The notes under the pieces: generated by a model
What the model was told of the DNA's origin: nothing
Seen by the model: the letters and a program-made list of their open reading frames with translations, nothing else
Databases searched by the model: none
IMG/VR virus record: IMGVR_UViG_2684622670_000017
DNA length: 30,940 nucleotides
DNA from: a virus
Lineage: Duplodnaviria; Heunggongvirae; Uroviricota; Caudoviricetes
Strand: one strand, 5' to 3'
Shown here: one piece after another, positions 1-8,478 of the stretch
Numbering within the stretch: position 1 is the first letter of the stretch
How the letters are laid out: each line of letters begins with the position of its first letter
Program-made: the position numbers and the translations under genes

Positions 1-237
1 ATGGAACTGTTTGTCATTTCTTCAAAACTCCCTTTGCGTAAACGCATTAAACTGGTCATCCCACTTTTTAAAGGTGTTATGACCATCCTCTGTGGTTACA
101 ACTGGTCGCTTAAATTCAGACCTGCTGGGAAAGCGCAGGCCGACGGGTTAAGCTTTGACGTCTATCAGGACGACGTTACATCGCAAGGTGCGCTTATCGT
201 CTTGGTCGATAGCAAACGGACTATGCTGCATGATTAG
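1..237 (+). other. Flanking ORF of unknown function downstream of int; may be host DNA or the attL junction
   Basis: 78-aa ORF starting at base 1; no recognisable motif. It lies beyond the 3' end of int, where the prophage/host junction is expected. Confidence 0.15.
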
Positions 238-240
238 TTA

Positions 241-1251
241 TCAAACCGTTAAACCTCCCTTTAGCGGGTTTAATGCTACTGCGTTTTGCAGGTAATCAGG
301 TGCAAGGTGCGCGTAGGCCATCGTCTGCTGAATGCTTGCGTGTCCGAGAATCTGTTGCAACGCAATAATATTGCCCCCGTTCATCATGAAATGGCTTGCG
401 AAGGTATGGCGCAGGATATGGGTTGCCTGATTGGGTGGGATATCAGGTTTTACTCTGCGTAAAATTCCACAAAACTTCTCATAATCGACCTTGAACAATT
501 TAGCGCTGGCCTCCTCTTTAACTTTCTTCTCCAGTTCCTCAGAAATCGGCACGGTTCGCTTTTTACCGTTTTTGGTTTTCAGGAAGGTAACCCTACAACT
601 TGTAATCTGTGCTGGTTTTAGCGTGGCAACTTCCGTCCATCTTCCTCCAGTGCTCAGACATAAAAGCGCGACAAGTAAGTCATCACCAGTCAAAACATTT
701 AACAGTTTTTTGATTTCTGCTTTTTCCAGGAACGTCATTTCCGGGTTGGCTTCCGCCAGTGGCGGCAGTCCGTGAATCGGATGTTGCCCGGAAAACTCAT
801 CTAGCTGGATTAGCTTGGTGAACATGCCCGATAAGCGGTACATGTCACGATTTATCGTCGCCGCGCTGATGCCATCGCGTAGACGAGCAGAGCGGTAATC
901 CATCAGGCATTTTTTATTTAACCTGCTGACCTGTATGTCACCCAATCCGCTGATGGTTTTGCGCAAATGCCCTCGCTCTTTTTCTCCGTGTTCGTGATTC
1001 TGGCCGTGATACTTCCACCATGCCTCTAACAGCTCTGACAGGGAGCGGCGGTCTGTTCGCTGGCCTGCCCATTCTTTCTGGCTGGCGTTGGCGATTGTGT
1101 ACCGCTCAAATGCCACCGCCTCAGCTTTTCTTTCAAACTTCCTGCGGATGCGTTTTCCGTCGCGACCGCGAGGTCTAATGTCCACTTCATAGCGACCATC
1201 ATCGAGCTTCTTAATTGACATAAGAAAGCCCTCCGGCGCTGTACTCACCAT
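241..1251 (-). CDS. int: Tyrosine site-specific integrase (P2 Int-like)
   Basis: 336 aa. C-terminal catalytic region has the tyrosine-recombinase pattern (..ATHILRHTFASHF..GHASIQQTMAYAHL..). Position and orientation match P2 int, co-directional with and downstream of C. Confidence 0.93.
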   Translation of the reverse strand: MVSTAPEGFLMSIKKLDDGRYEVDIRPRGRDGKRIRRKFERKAEAVAFERYTIANASQKEWAGQRTDRRSLSELLEAWWKYHGQNHEHGEKERGHLRKTISGLGDIQVSRLNKKCLMDYRSARLRDGISAATINRDMYRLSGMFTKLIQLDEFSGQHPIHGLPPLAEANPEMTFLEKAEIKKLLNVLTGDDLLVALLCLSTGGRWTEVATLKPAQITSCRVTFLKTKNGKKRTVPISEELEKKVKEEASAKLFKVDYEKFCGILRRVKPDIPPNQATHILRHTFASHFMMNGGNIIALQQILGHASIQQTMAYAHLAPDYLQNAVALNPLKGGLTV

Positions 1252-1290
1252 CTTGGTAACAAATGGTGAAAATGTAATGTTTATAGAGAG

Positions 1291-1584
1291 TTAACCAGTC
1301 TGTTTCTCGGAGCGGTCTGATTCTGTTGGTTCTCGCCCAATGTGTGCGAGAGCCGGTGCAATCTGACCAGCTTGCGGAGCTGTTTTATCTGTCATTAGCC
1401 AAAGGGTGTATTTCTGAAACTGAGGGGTGTTTGTGATTTTCATCACCACTCCCAAGCCGGGCTCTGCATGTCCTCCCTCGTAATTTTTTAACGTGCTAAG
1501 TGCTAGGCCGCTGATTTCACAAAACTTTACTTGAGTTAAACCCTCTGCTTTACGTATTGCCTTAATTTTATCGGCTACTTTCAT
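1291..1584 (-). CDS. C: Immunity repressor, P2 C-family (HTH)
   Basis: 97 aa, directly upstream of int on the same strand and divergent from cox. N-terminal HTH-like segment (GLTQVKFCEISGLALSTLKNYEGG); C-terminal segment (PQFQKYTLWLMTD..GQIAPALAH) is as I recall for P2 C-type repressors. Confidence 0.8.
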   Translation of the reverse strand: MKVADKIKAIRKAEGLTQVKFCEISGLALSTLKNYEGGHAEPGLGVVMKITNTPQFQKYTLWLMTDKTAPQAGQIAPALAHIGREPTESDRSEKQTG

Positions 1585-1738
1585 TTGACATGGTTCCTAG
1601 TTAAAGACTATATTGCCGCAAAAGGTCTAAAGGTAAGAACCTTTTGGGGTGCACAAACCAGTCCCTAGTAAGGACAGGAGTGACTTGTAAGGGACTGGAA
1701 CTAACAAGGGTAACACGAAAGCAAAAAGGGGCTAACCA
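1585..1738. promoter_or_regulatory. C/cox genetic switch region: expected divergent Pc/Pe promoters with candidate operator inverted repeats
   Basis: Intergenic region between divergent C and cox. Contains perfect inverted repeats CCAGTCCCT...AGGGACTGG (about 22 bp apart) and AAAAGGT...ACCTTTT. Confidence 0.5.
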
Positions 1739-2011
1739 ATGGGAGTCAATGACTATGTGATTCAGTACCCGCTTGATGCGGTACATACGGTTAAGTTTGC
1801 AGAGTTACTTGGTAAGCCAGAAACGGCGGTAGTCAAGATGGTAAAAGAAAATAAATTGCCAGTTATTGAGCTTCGGGATCCAAGTAAGCCGAACGCTCGT
1901 GTCGGTGAGAAGTGGGTTTTTATTCCAGAGTTTAATCGTGCTGTGCGTGAGGCATTCTACAACCGACCGGTTGAACAGCGCGACGCGTGGCTGCTGTGGA
2001 TGGGGCTTTAA
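1739..2011 (+). CDS. cox: Cox-like excisionase / early-promoter regulator
   Basis: 90 aa (P2 Cox is about 91 aa); first gene of the rightward early operon, divergent from C. Confidence 0.8.
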   Translation: MGVNDYVIQYPLDAVHTVKFAELLGKPETAVVKMVKENKLPVIELRDPSKPNARVGEKWVFIPEFNRAVREAFYNRPVEQRDAWLLWMGL

Positions 2012-2065
2012 ATCATTGCTAAATCAGGCTGTCGGCAACGGGGCGGACGGCATAAGGGGAAAGTC

Positions 2066-2254
2066 ATGGCGAATAAAAATAGTGCGAACCAGTGCGGCAC
2101 AGATAAGGCACTGACGCAGAGAGAAATTTTAGAACTGGCGGTAAAAATCGGGGATTTCATTAAAGAAGAGGCCGGACGCTTAGATAAACAGGTGTCCGGC
2201 AAAGATATCAGCGTTATCGCTGGCGTCATTGATTTTCTGTCTTATGACGAATGA
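2066..2254 (+). CDS. Hypothetical small early protein
   Basis: 62-aa ORF in the early operon after cox; no motif recognised. Confidence 0.4.
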   Translation: MANKNSANQCGTDKALTQREILELAVKIGDFIKEEAGRLDKQVSGKDISVIAGVIDFLSYDE

Positions 2255-2258
2255 TGCA

Positions 2259-2433
2259 TTAACTGGAGGCTAATTTCTCCTCGAGCTTTTTTTCCAATAC
2301 TGGATAAATCGAGTCAAAGAGACGTTGAGTGTGCTTATCCAGCGTAACGTTGGGGTTCATGTGAGGTATGGAGGAGCTGATTACCACGCAAGTTTGCTCA
2401 AAGAGAAATTTTACCTTTTCTTCATTATTCATG
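2259..2433 (-). CDS. Hypothetical small protein encoded antisense to the early operon (internal ATG start chosen)
   Basis: ORF 2259..2516 on the minus strand; an internal Met (MNNEEKVKFLFEQ...) is preceded by AAGGGA about 9 nt upstream. Tentative. Confidence 0.25.
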
Positions 2434-2548
2434 ATTTTTTCCCTTGTGTTATTAACTAATTGCATACATGTGGAGTGTAGCGTTTGGAGCATATCACAAG
2501 ACCATGTGCCGGACATGGCTAAAAACCGGCTCTGTTTCAGGAGGAGTT

Positions 2549-2719
2549 ATGCAGGAACCTCGTTGTATTGCTCAGTTATTGCGTAACGAAAGCCCCAGGG
2601 CGATTGACTTCACCATCACCCATGGGAAGGGGCGCAAAGGCATCATTATTCGCACCAAAAAACAGAGTCCGTTAAAGAAGGCTCTGACCTTTCTGAAAAG
2701 CCGGAGGGTATGGAAATGA
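2549..2719 (+). CDS. Hypothetical small basic early protein (P2 orf78-like by position)
   Basis: 56 aa from the internal Met of ORF 2468..2719 (MQEPRCIAQLL...), preceded by a strong GGAGGAG Shine-Dalgarno; overlaps the start of the next gene. Confidence 0.45.
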   Translation: MQEPRCIAQLLRNESPRAIDFTITHGKGRKGIIIRTKKQSPLKKALTFLKSRRVWK

Positions 2720-3216
2720 CAGTGATGACGCTCAATCTCGTTGAAAAACAACCAGCAACTATGCGCCGGATAATTGGTAAGCATCTTGCCGTCCCTCGCT
2801 GGCAGGAGACATGTGATTATTATAATCAGATGATGGAGCGCGAACGGCTAACGGTTTGCTTCCATGCGCAGTTAAAACAGCGTCATGCAACGATGCGTTT
2901 TGAAGAAATGAACGACGTCGAACGTGAACGGCTGGTTTGTGCAATTGATGAATTGCGTGGGGCATTCTCAAAACGCCGTCAGGTCGGTGCAAGTGAGTAT
3001 GCATATATTAGCTTTTTAACTGTCAGTCAGCGCCGTACTTTATTTATGCACGCACGACTGACAGAAAAAGAATTTAACCAGCCATACTGGCGAATTAATG
3101 AAGAGTCATGTTACTGGCGTGATGCTTTATTCCGTGCATTACGTGAATTATTCAGTCTGTTTGAATATGCACCGACAATTCTGACGTCGGTAAAACCAGA
3201 GCAATATCTGCATTAA
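2710..3216 (+). CDS. Early protein at the position of P2 replication gene B (putative helicase-loader-like)
   Basis: 168 aa (P2 B is about 166 aa), correct position between cox and A. Assigned by synteny and size only. Confidence 0.5.
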   Translation: MEMTVMTLNLVEKQPATMRRIIGKHLAVPRWQETCDYYNQMMERERLTVCFHAQLKQRHATMRFEEMNDVERERLVCAIDELRGAFSKRRQVGASEYAYISFLTVSQRRTLFMHARLTEKEFNQPYWRINEESCYWRDALFRALRELFSLFEYAPTILTSVKPEQYLH

Positions 3217-3279
3217 GTAATTAACCAAAGTTTTTAACGCACTTAATCGTGCGGGGCTTCTTTTTGCCTGGAGAAAGTC

Positions 3280-3504
3280 ATGCATACAGTTTCTGAAAAT
3301 CAGTGCGGTAAATACGCATTAATGCTGCAACAGGCCAGAACCGAAGCACAGGCCGACGCGGCGACGCGCTTTTCTTCTCATCTTGACGCCATGATTCGCC
3401 ACATCACAAAGGCGGAGTTATCCCGCGTGGAGATAGTCGAGCTGCTCAGTCAGGAGTCGGAAAAATTTCACAATATCGGATTGTCTCGCGGGGAGGTACT
3501 TTGA
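3280..3504 (+). CDS. Hypothetical early protein (P2 orf80-like by position)
   Basis: 74-aa ORF in the early operon. Confidence 0.55.
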   Translation: MHTVSENQCGKYALMLQQARTEAQADAATRFSSHLDAMIRHITKAELSRVEIVELLSQESEKFHNIGLSRGEVL

Positions 3505-3806
3505 TGCCCTGTTCTCGTTCGGTTGTATTACTGAATAACGCCTTAAAAATCGCCGTTATGAAAAATGGTGATTTGTCTCTTATTCAACTTGGTCTTGATA
3601 AAGAGAAGCGCGAAATAACTGAATCTGTTATCGCGATTTATCAGAGTGAATTAAATCTCCTGTCTGATGTGGTCAATTTACTTGTTAAACGCGCTGTATT
3701 TCATAAGCAAATTTCATCCGTGGATGAACTGACAAAATTAACGACAGAAATCGCCAGCTATTGCGCTGATGAATTTAAGAAACTGAACGACAAAAGGAAC
3801 TGGTAA
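3501..3806 (+). CDS. Hypothetical early protein (P2 orf81-like by position)
   Basis: 101-aa ORF; its start overlaps the upstream stop (ATGA), suggesting translational coupling. Confidence 0.55.
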   Translation: MMPCSRSVVLLNNALKIAVMKNGDLSLIQLGLDKEKREITESVIAIYQSELNLLSDVVNLLVKRAVFHKQISSVDELTKLTTEIASYCADEFKKLNDKRNW

Positions 3807-4030
3807 TGCCGGACAACGTAGATTTTATTCAGGAACAACAGGCTGAATTACTGGAGCGCCAGATTAACGCGGCAAGGGTAAAACATTGCGGTGTTTCTTC
3901 GCTGGTTTGCGAAGAGTGTGATGCGCCAATACCTGCTGCCCGTCGTGCGGCTTATCCGTCAGCCACGCGTTGTGTTTCCTGTCAGTCAGTCTTTGAAGCA
4001 AAAAACAAACATTACCGGAGAACGGCATGA
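3806..4030 (+). CDS. TraR/DksA-family C4 zinc-finger protein
   Basis: 74 aa with CxxC...CxxC (CEECDAPIPAARRAAYPSATRCVSC), typical of phage TraR/DksA-like zinc fingers; P2 orf82 position. Confidence 0.75.
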   Translation: MPDNVDFIQEQQAELLERQINAARVKHCGVSSLVCEECDAPIPAARRAAYPSATRCVSCQSVFEAKNKHYRRTA

Positions 4031-4302
4031 GTATTCGTATTGAAATTGGCGAACGTTATGTCGTTACCAGTGACAGCTTTCAGTTTATTCTCCACGAGAA
4101 AAAGAGAGCTGAAAGCGGTAAAAACGCCGGTCAGGAATGGCTGGCGGTGGTTGGTTATTACCCGAAATTAAGCCAGCTCGTTTCCGGCCTGATGCATCAC
4201 GATATTCTGACCGGAAGCGCAAAGTCTTTTGCTGATTTAAACGCGCAGGTTGAGCAACTCAGCAAGCGTTGTTCAGAGGCTTTTGGCTCATATGGCCGTT
4301 AA
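4027..4302 (+). CDS. Hypothetical early protein (P2 orf83-like by position)
   Basis: 91-aa ORF immediately upstream of and overlapping gene A. Confidence 0.5.
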   Translation: MSIRIEIGERYVVTSDSFQFILHEKKRAESGKNAGQEWLAVVGYYPKLSQLVSGLMHHDILTGSAKSFADLNAQVEQLSKRCSEAFGSYGR

Positions 4303-6601
4303 AGCCTCCGGGCGTTTTGTCCCTCCGTCAGCATTTGCTGCAGGCACCGGTAAGACGTTTACCGGTGCTTATGCATGGAACGCGCCACGCGAGGCTGTCG
4401 GGCGCGAAAGACCCCTTACACGTGACGAGATGCGTCAGGTGCAAGGTGTTTTATCCACGATTAACCGCCTGCCTTACTTTTTGCGCTCGCTGTTTACTTC
4501 ACGCTATGACTACATCCGGCGCAATAAAAGCCCGGTGCACGGGTTTTATTTCCTCACATCCACTTTTCAGCGTCGTTTATGGCCGCGCATTGAGCGCGTG
4601 AATCAGCGCCATGAAATGAACACCGACGCGTCGTTGCTGTTTCTGACAGAGCGTGACCACTATGCGCGTCTGCCGGGGATGAATGACAAGGAGCTGAAAA
4701 AGTTTGCCGCCCGTATCTCATCGCAGCTTTTCATGATGTATGGGGAACTCTGCGATGCCTGGGTGGATGCGCATGGCGAAAAAGAATCGCTGTTTACGGA
4801 TGAGGCGCAGGCGCATCTGTATGGTCATGTTGCTGGCGCTGCACGTGCTTTCAATATTTCCCCGCTTTACTGGAAAAAATACCGTAAAGGACAGATGACC
4901 ACGAGGCAGGCATATTCTGCCATTGCCCGTCTGTTTAACGATGAGTGGTGGACTCATCAGCTTAAAGGCCAGCGTATGCGCTGGCATGAGGCGTTATTGA
5001 TAGCTGTCGGGGAGGTCAATAAAGACCGTTCTCCTTATGCCAGTAAACATGCCATTCGTGATGTGCGTGCGCGCCGTCAGGCAAATCTGGAGTTTCTTAA
5101 ATCGTGTGACCTTGAAAACAGGGAAACCGGCGAACGCATCGACCTTATCAGTAAGGTGATGGGCAGTATTTCTAATCCTGAAATTCGCCGGATGGAGCTG
5201 ATGAACACCATTGCCGGTATTGAGCGTTACGCCGCCGCAGAGGGTGATGTGGGGATGTTTATCACGCTGACCGCGCCGTCAAAGTATCACCCGACACGTC
5301 AGGTCGGAAAAGGCGAAAGTAAAACCGTCCAGCTTAATCACGGCTGGAATGATGAGGCATTTAATCCGAAGGATGCGCAGCGTTATCTCTGCCGTATCTG
5401 GAGCCTGATGCGCACGGCATTCAAGGATAATGATTTACAGGTCTACGGTTTGCGAGTCGTCGAGCCACACCACGACGGAACGCCGCACTGGCATATGATG
5501 CTTTTTTGTAATCCACGCCAGCGTAACCAGATTATCGAAATCATGCGTCGCTACGCGCTCAAAGAGGATGGCGACGAAAGAGGAGCTGCGCGAAACCGTT
5601 TTCAGGCAAAACACCTTAACCGGGGCGGTGCTGCGGGATATATCGCGAAATACATTTCAAAAAACATCGACGGCTATGCACTGGATGGTCAGCTCGATAA
5701 CGATACCGGCAGGCAGCTGAAAGACACCGCCGCGGCTGTTACCGCATGGGCGTCAACGTGGCGCATCCCGCAATTTAAAACGGTTGGCCTGCCGACAATG
5801 GGGGCTTACCGTGAACTACGCAAATTGCCTCGCGGCGTCAGTATTGCTGATGAGTTTGACGAACGCGTCGAGGCTGCACGCGCTGCCGCAGACAGTGGTG
5901 ATTTTGCGTTGTATATCAGCGCGCAGGGTGGGGCAAATGTTCCGCGCGATTGTCAGACTGTCAGGGTTGCCCGTAGTCCGTCGGATGAAGTTAACGAGTA
6001 CGAGGAAGAAGTCGAGAGAGTGGTCGGCATTTACGCGCCGCATCTCGGCGCGCGTCATATTCATATCACCAGAACGACGGACTGGCGCATTGTTCCGAAA
6101 GTGCCGGTCGTTGAGCCTTTGACTTTAAAAAGCGGCATCGCCGCGCCTCGGAGTCCTGTCAATAACTGTGGAAAGCTCACCAGTGGTGATACTTCGTTAC
6201 CGGCTCCCACACCTTCTGAACACGCCGCAGCAGTGCTTAATCTGGTTGATGACGGTGTTATCGAATGGAATGACCCGGAGGTCGTGAGGGCGCTCAGGGG
6301 CGCATTAAAACACGACCTGATAACACCAAACCGTCAGCAAAGAAACGGAAGCCCGTTAAAACCGCATGAAATAGCACCATCGGCCAGACTGACCAGGTCG
6401 GAACGAATGCAAATTACCCGTATCCGCGTTGACCTTGCTCAGAACGGTATCAGGCCGCAGCGATGGGAGCTTGAGGCGCTGGCGCGTGGCGCGATCGTAA
6501 ATTATGACGGGAAACAATTTACGTATCCGGTTGCTGATGAGTGGCCGGGATTTTTACAAACAGAAATTGTTTTTGGGATTAATAAGTTATCTCTAAGCTA
6601 A
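4292..6601 (+). CDS. A: Rolling-circle replication initiator endonuclease (P2 gpA)
   Basis: Large ORF with HUH-type metal-binding motif (TPHWHMMLF) and paired active-site tyrosines (GYIAKYISKN). Start set at the internal MAVKASGRF Met in frame with ORF 4250..6601; size matches P2 A (about 760 aa). Confidence 0.9.
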   Translation: MAVKASGRFVPPSAFAAGTGKTFTGAYAWNAPREAVGRERPLTRDEMRQVQGVLSTINRLPYFLRSLFTSRYDYIRRNKSPVHGFYFLTSTFQRRLWPRIERVNQRHEMNTDASLLFLTERDHYARLPGMNDKELKKFAARISSQLFMMYGELCDAWVDAHGEKESLFTDEAQAHLYGHVAGAARAFNISPLYWKKYRKGQMTTRQAYSAIARLFNDEWWTHQLKGQRMRWHEALLIAVGEVNKDRSPYASKHAIRDVRARRQANLEFLKSCDLENRETGERIDLISKVMGSISNPEIRRMELMNTIAGIERYAAAEGDVGMFITLTAPSKYHPTRQVGKGESKTVQLNHGWNDEAFNPKDAQRYLCRIWSLMRTAFKDNDLQVYGLRVVEPHHDGTPHWHMMLFCNPRQRNQIIEIMRRYALKEDGDERGAARNRFQAKHLNRGGAAGYIAKYISKNIDGYALDGQLDNDTGRQLKDTAAAVTAWASTWRIPQFKTVGLPTMGAYRELRKLPRGVSIADEFDERVEAARAAADSGDFALYISAQGGANVPRDCQTVRVARSPSDEVNEYEEEVERVVGIYAPHLGARHIHITRTTDWRIVPKVPVVEPLTLKSGIAAPRSPVNNCGKLTSGDTSLPAPTPSEHAAAVLNLVDDGVIEWNDPEVVRALRGALKHDLITPNRQQRNGSPLKPHEIAPSARLTRSERMQITRIRVDLAQNGIRPQRWELEALARGAIVNYDGKQFTYPVADEWPGFLQTEIVFGINKLSLS

Positions 6602-6723
6602 GACGCTCAAAGCAAGAGATTATTTTACTGTACGTAGCCATCTGGAATTGTGGCTGTGTTAAAACGCTCGAGATTTTTTGGATATCCAGTTATACTCCGC
6701 TTAGAAATCATTCGGAGACTAAG
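6602..6723 (+). promoter_or_regulatory. Putative promoter / 5' leader of the methyltransferase gene
   Basis: AT-rich intergenic region with a TATACT -10-like hexamer and an inverted repeat CTCCG..(13 nt)..CGGAG overlapping the GGAG ribosome-binding site before the 6724 ATG. Confidence 0.3.
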
Positions 6724-7770
6724 ATGGCGGTAAAAGTTGTTGATCTTTTTTGCGGTGCTGGCGGTTTAACGCACGGCTTACATTTGGCCGGATTGGACGT
6801 TGTCGCAGGCATTGATTTAGAAGGTGAGTGTCGTGTTGCATACGAAAGCAATAATGATGCACTTTTTATTGAAAAAGATATATCTCTGGTGACAAAAGAT
6901 GAAATCGAAAATCTTTTTGAAGGGGCAAGTGTTAAAGTATTGGCTGGATGTGCACCTTGTCAGCCATTTTCTAAATATACTCAGGGAAAAGATAAAAAAA
7001 ATGATAAAAAGTGGCCGTTATTATATGAGTTTGAACGTTTAATAAAAGACACGAAACCAGAAATAGTTACAATGGAAAACGTTCCTGATGTGACAAAACA
7101 TTCTGTCTATGATGATTTTTATAATACCTTAATAGCATTGGGTTATTATGTTTGGGCAAATAAGATTGAATGTGTAGATTTTGAGGTTCCGCAAAACAGA
7201 GTGAGGCATGTATTACTCGCATCTAAATTTGCGCCGATTTCTCTGATGAAACCACAAACATCGGTAAAGCTGACAGTTAGGGATTGCATTGGTAATTTAC
7301 CTTCGATTGAAGCGGGACAAGCAGATCCAAAAGACCCTCTCCATAAGGCGAGTAGATTGAGTGAAATTAATCTCAAACGTATTCTACATTCAAAACCGGG
7401 GGGGACATGGAGGGATTGGCCTGCTGAATTAATCGCTTCATGTCATGCCAAGAAAAGTGGGCAGGGATATGCCAGTGTTTATGGTCGTATGTCTTGGGAT
7501 AAACCGAGTCCAACGATAACTACACTTTGTTATGGTTTTGGTAATGGACGTTTTGGTCATCCCGAGCAGCATCGTGCAATCTCACTTAGGGAAGCAGCAT
7601 TACTTCAAACGTTTCCTGTTACATATTCATTTACCCAACCGGGCGAGCCGATCAAAATGAAAAATGTCGGGCGTATGATAGGTAATGCTGTTCCTGTAAA
7701 CTTAGGTAAAGCGATTGGTCTTTCAATAGTACATCATTTGAAAGAGTTTCACCCCGCCGCTCTTAAATAA
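6724..7770 (+). CDS. DNA (cytosine-5)-methyltransferase
   Basis: 348 aa with the canonical C5-MTase motifs: I DLFCGAGG (AdoMet binding), IV GCAPCQPFS (catalytic Cys; nt about 6955..6963), VI TMENVPD, VIII QNRVRHVLL, and C-terminal IGNAVPV. AT-rich codon usage unlike the phage backbone. Confidence 0.92.
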   Translation: MAVKVVDLFCGAGGLTHGLHLAGLDVVAGIDLEGECRVAYESNNDALFIEKDISLVTKDEIENLFEGASVKVLAGCAPCQPFSKYTQGKDKKNDKKWPLLYEFERLIKDTKPEIVTMENVPDVTKHSVYDDFYNTLIALGYYVWANKIECVDFEVPQNRVRHVLLASKFAPISLMKPQTSVKLTVRDCIGNLPSIEAGQADPKDPLHKASRLSEINLKRILHSKPGGTWRDWPAELIASCHAKKSGQGYASVYGRMSWDKPSPTITTLCYGFGNGRFGHPEQHRAISLREAALLQTFPVTYSFTQPGEPIKMKNVGRMIGNAVPVNLGKAIGLSIVHHLKEFHPAALK

Positions 7771-8468
7771 GCCTGAGTATCAAGATAAGTTTGTATATTT
7801 TCAAGGATGCAGTTGAGATAATGAAAAACTTCATCCTTCATTTCTGTTAGTGTATCAATAGATGTATCTCTGCCTTTGTTTCTAAATGATTCAGAACCAT
7901 GAGCAAGGTCGTTTCTGGCCTTTTTTATTGGAAGTAAATTGCAACCATTTCGCGTTATTTCTGAATCTGTATCTGCTGAGAAGCCATATTTTTCAGCGAC
8001 TTCTCTAATTTTTCTAGCATCAACATTTCCAGAAAATAACGGATTTTTATTTGATTGGATAAGTTTTTTGTGAGCGTTTAGCCACTCTTTAAATATAACT
8101 TTTGCAATGTTCCCTTGTGAGAAATCTATTTTCCCATTTGGTGATTGTAAACTATGAAATGCTACTCTTGTAAGGTTTTCATTTACAGTGTCTGCACATA
8201 ATGATTCATTAGACATTAAAACATTATGAATGTCTTCTATTGCATTGGAAATGGTTGCTTCAATGAGATTGTACAATATAATAAATGCATTAGCCTTTAA
8301 AATATGAGTCATATCAATATCAATGGGTTGTTGTATAGGCGCATCGCTTGTATTATCTTTATAGACTAGAGATGGTTTTTTGTTTATTAGTAACTGAATG
8401 AATGAGAAGTATTCATTAATATCTTGCATTCTTTCTTGGAAAAGAATTTTACTTGTCATCTCCTCCAT
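7749..8468 (-). CDS. HEPN-like protein with Rx4HG motif (putative nuclease effector; resembles the MAE_28990/Swt1-like HEPN group)
   Basis: 239 aa. Conserved-looking ARNDLAHGSESF near the C-terminus (R185..H190, nt about 7899..7917) fits the HEPN Rx4-6H signature. Second gene of a minus-strand operon, 10 nt after the DUF262 gene; AT-rich. Confidence 0.6.
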   Translation of the reverse strand: MEEMTSKILFQERMQDINEYFSFIQLLINKKPSLVYKDNTSDAPIQQPIDIDMTHILKANAFIILYNLIEATISNAIEDIHNVLMSNESLCADTVNENLTRVAFHSLQSPNGKIDFSQGNIAKVIFKEWLNAHKKLIQSNKNPLFSGNVDARKIREVAEKYGFSADTDSEITRNGCNLLPIKKARNDLAHGSESFRNKGRDTSIDTLTEMKDEVFHYLNCILENIQTYLDTQAYLRAAG

Positions 8469-8478
8469 TTACTTGGCC

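Noticed and set aside
491-775. 94-aa plus-strand ORF inside the integrase gene
   Set aside because: Lies entirely antisense within the well-supported int CDS; no start context or motif. Spurious.
1601-1786. 61-aa minus-strand ORF spanning the C/cox switch region and the cox start
   Set aside because: Overlaps the promoter/operator region and the cox start; more likely a chance ORF than a gene.
2368-2586. 72-aa plus-strand ORF in the early region
   Set aside because: Out of frame with, and overlapped by, the better-supported reading 2549..2719 (which has a strong Shine-Dalgarno) and by the minus-strand ORF; no independent support.
4250-4291. Upstream extension of gene A starting at 4250
   Set aside because: The MAVKASGRF start at 4292 gives a product matching the expected A N-terminus and overlaps the preceding ORF less; the extension is probably untranslated.
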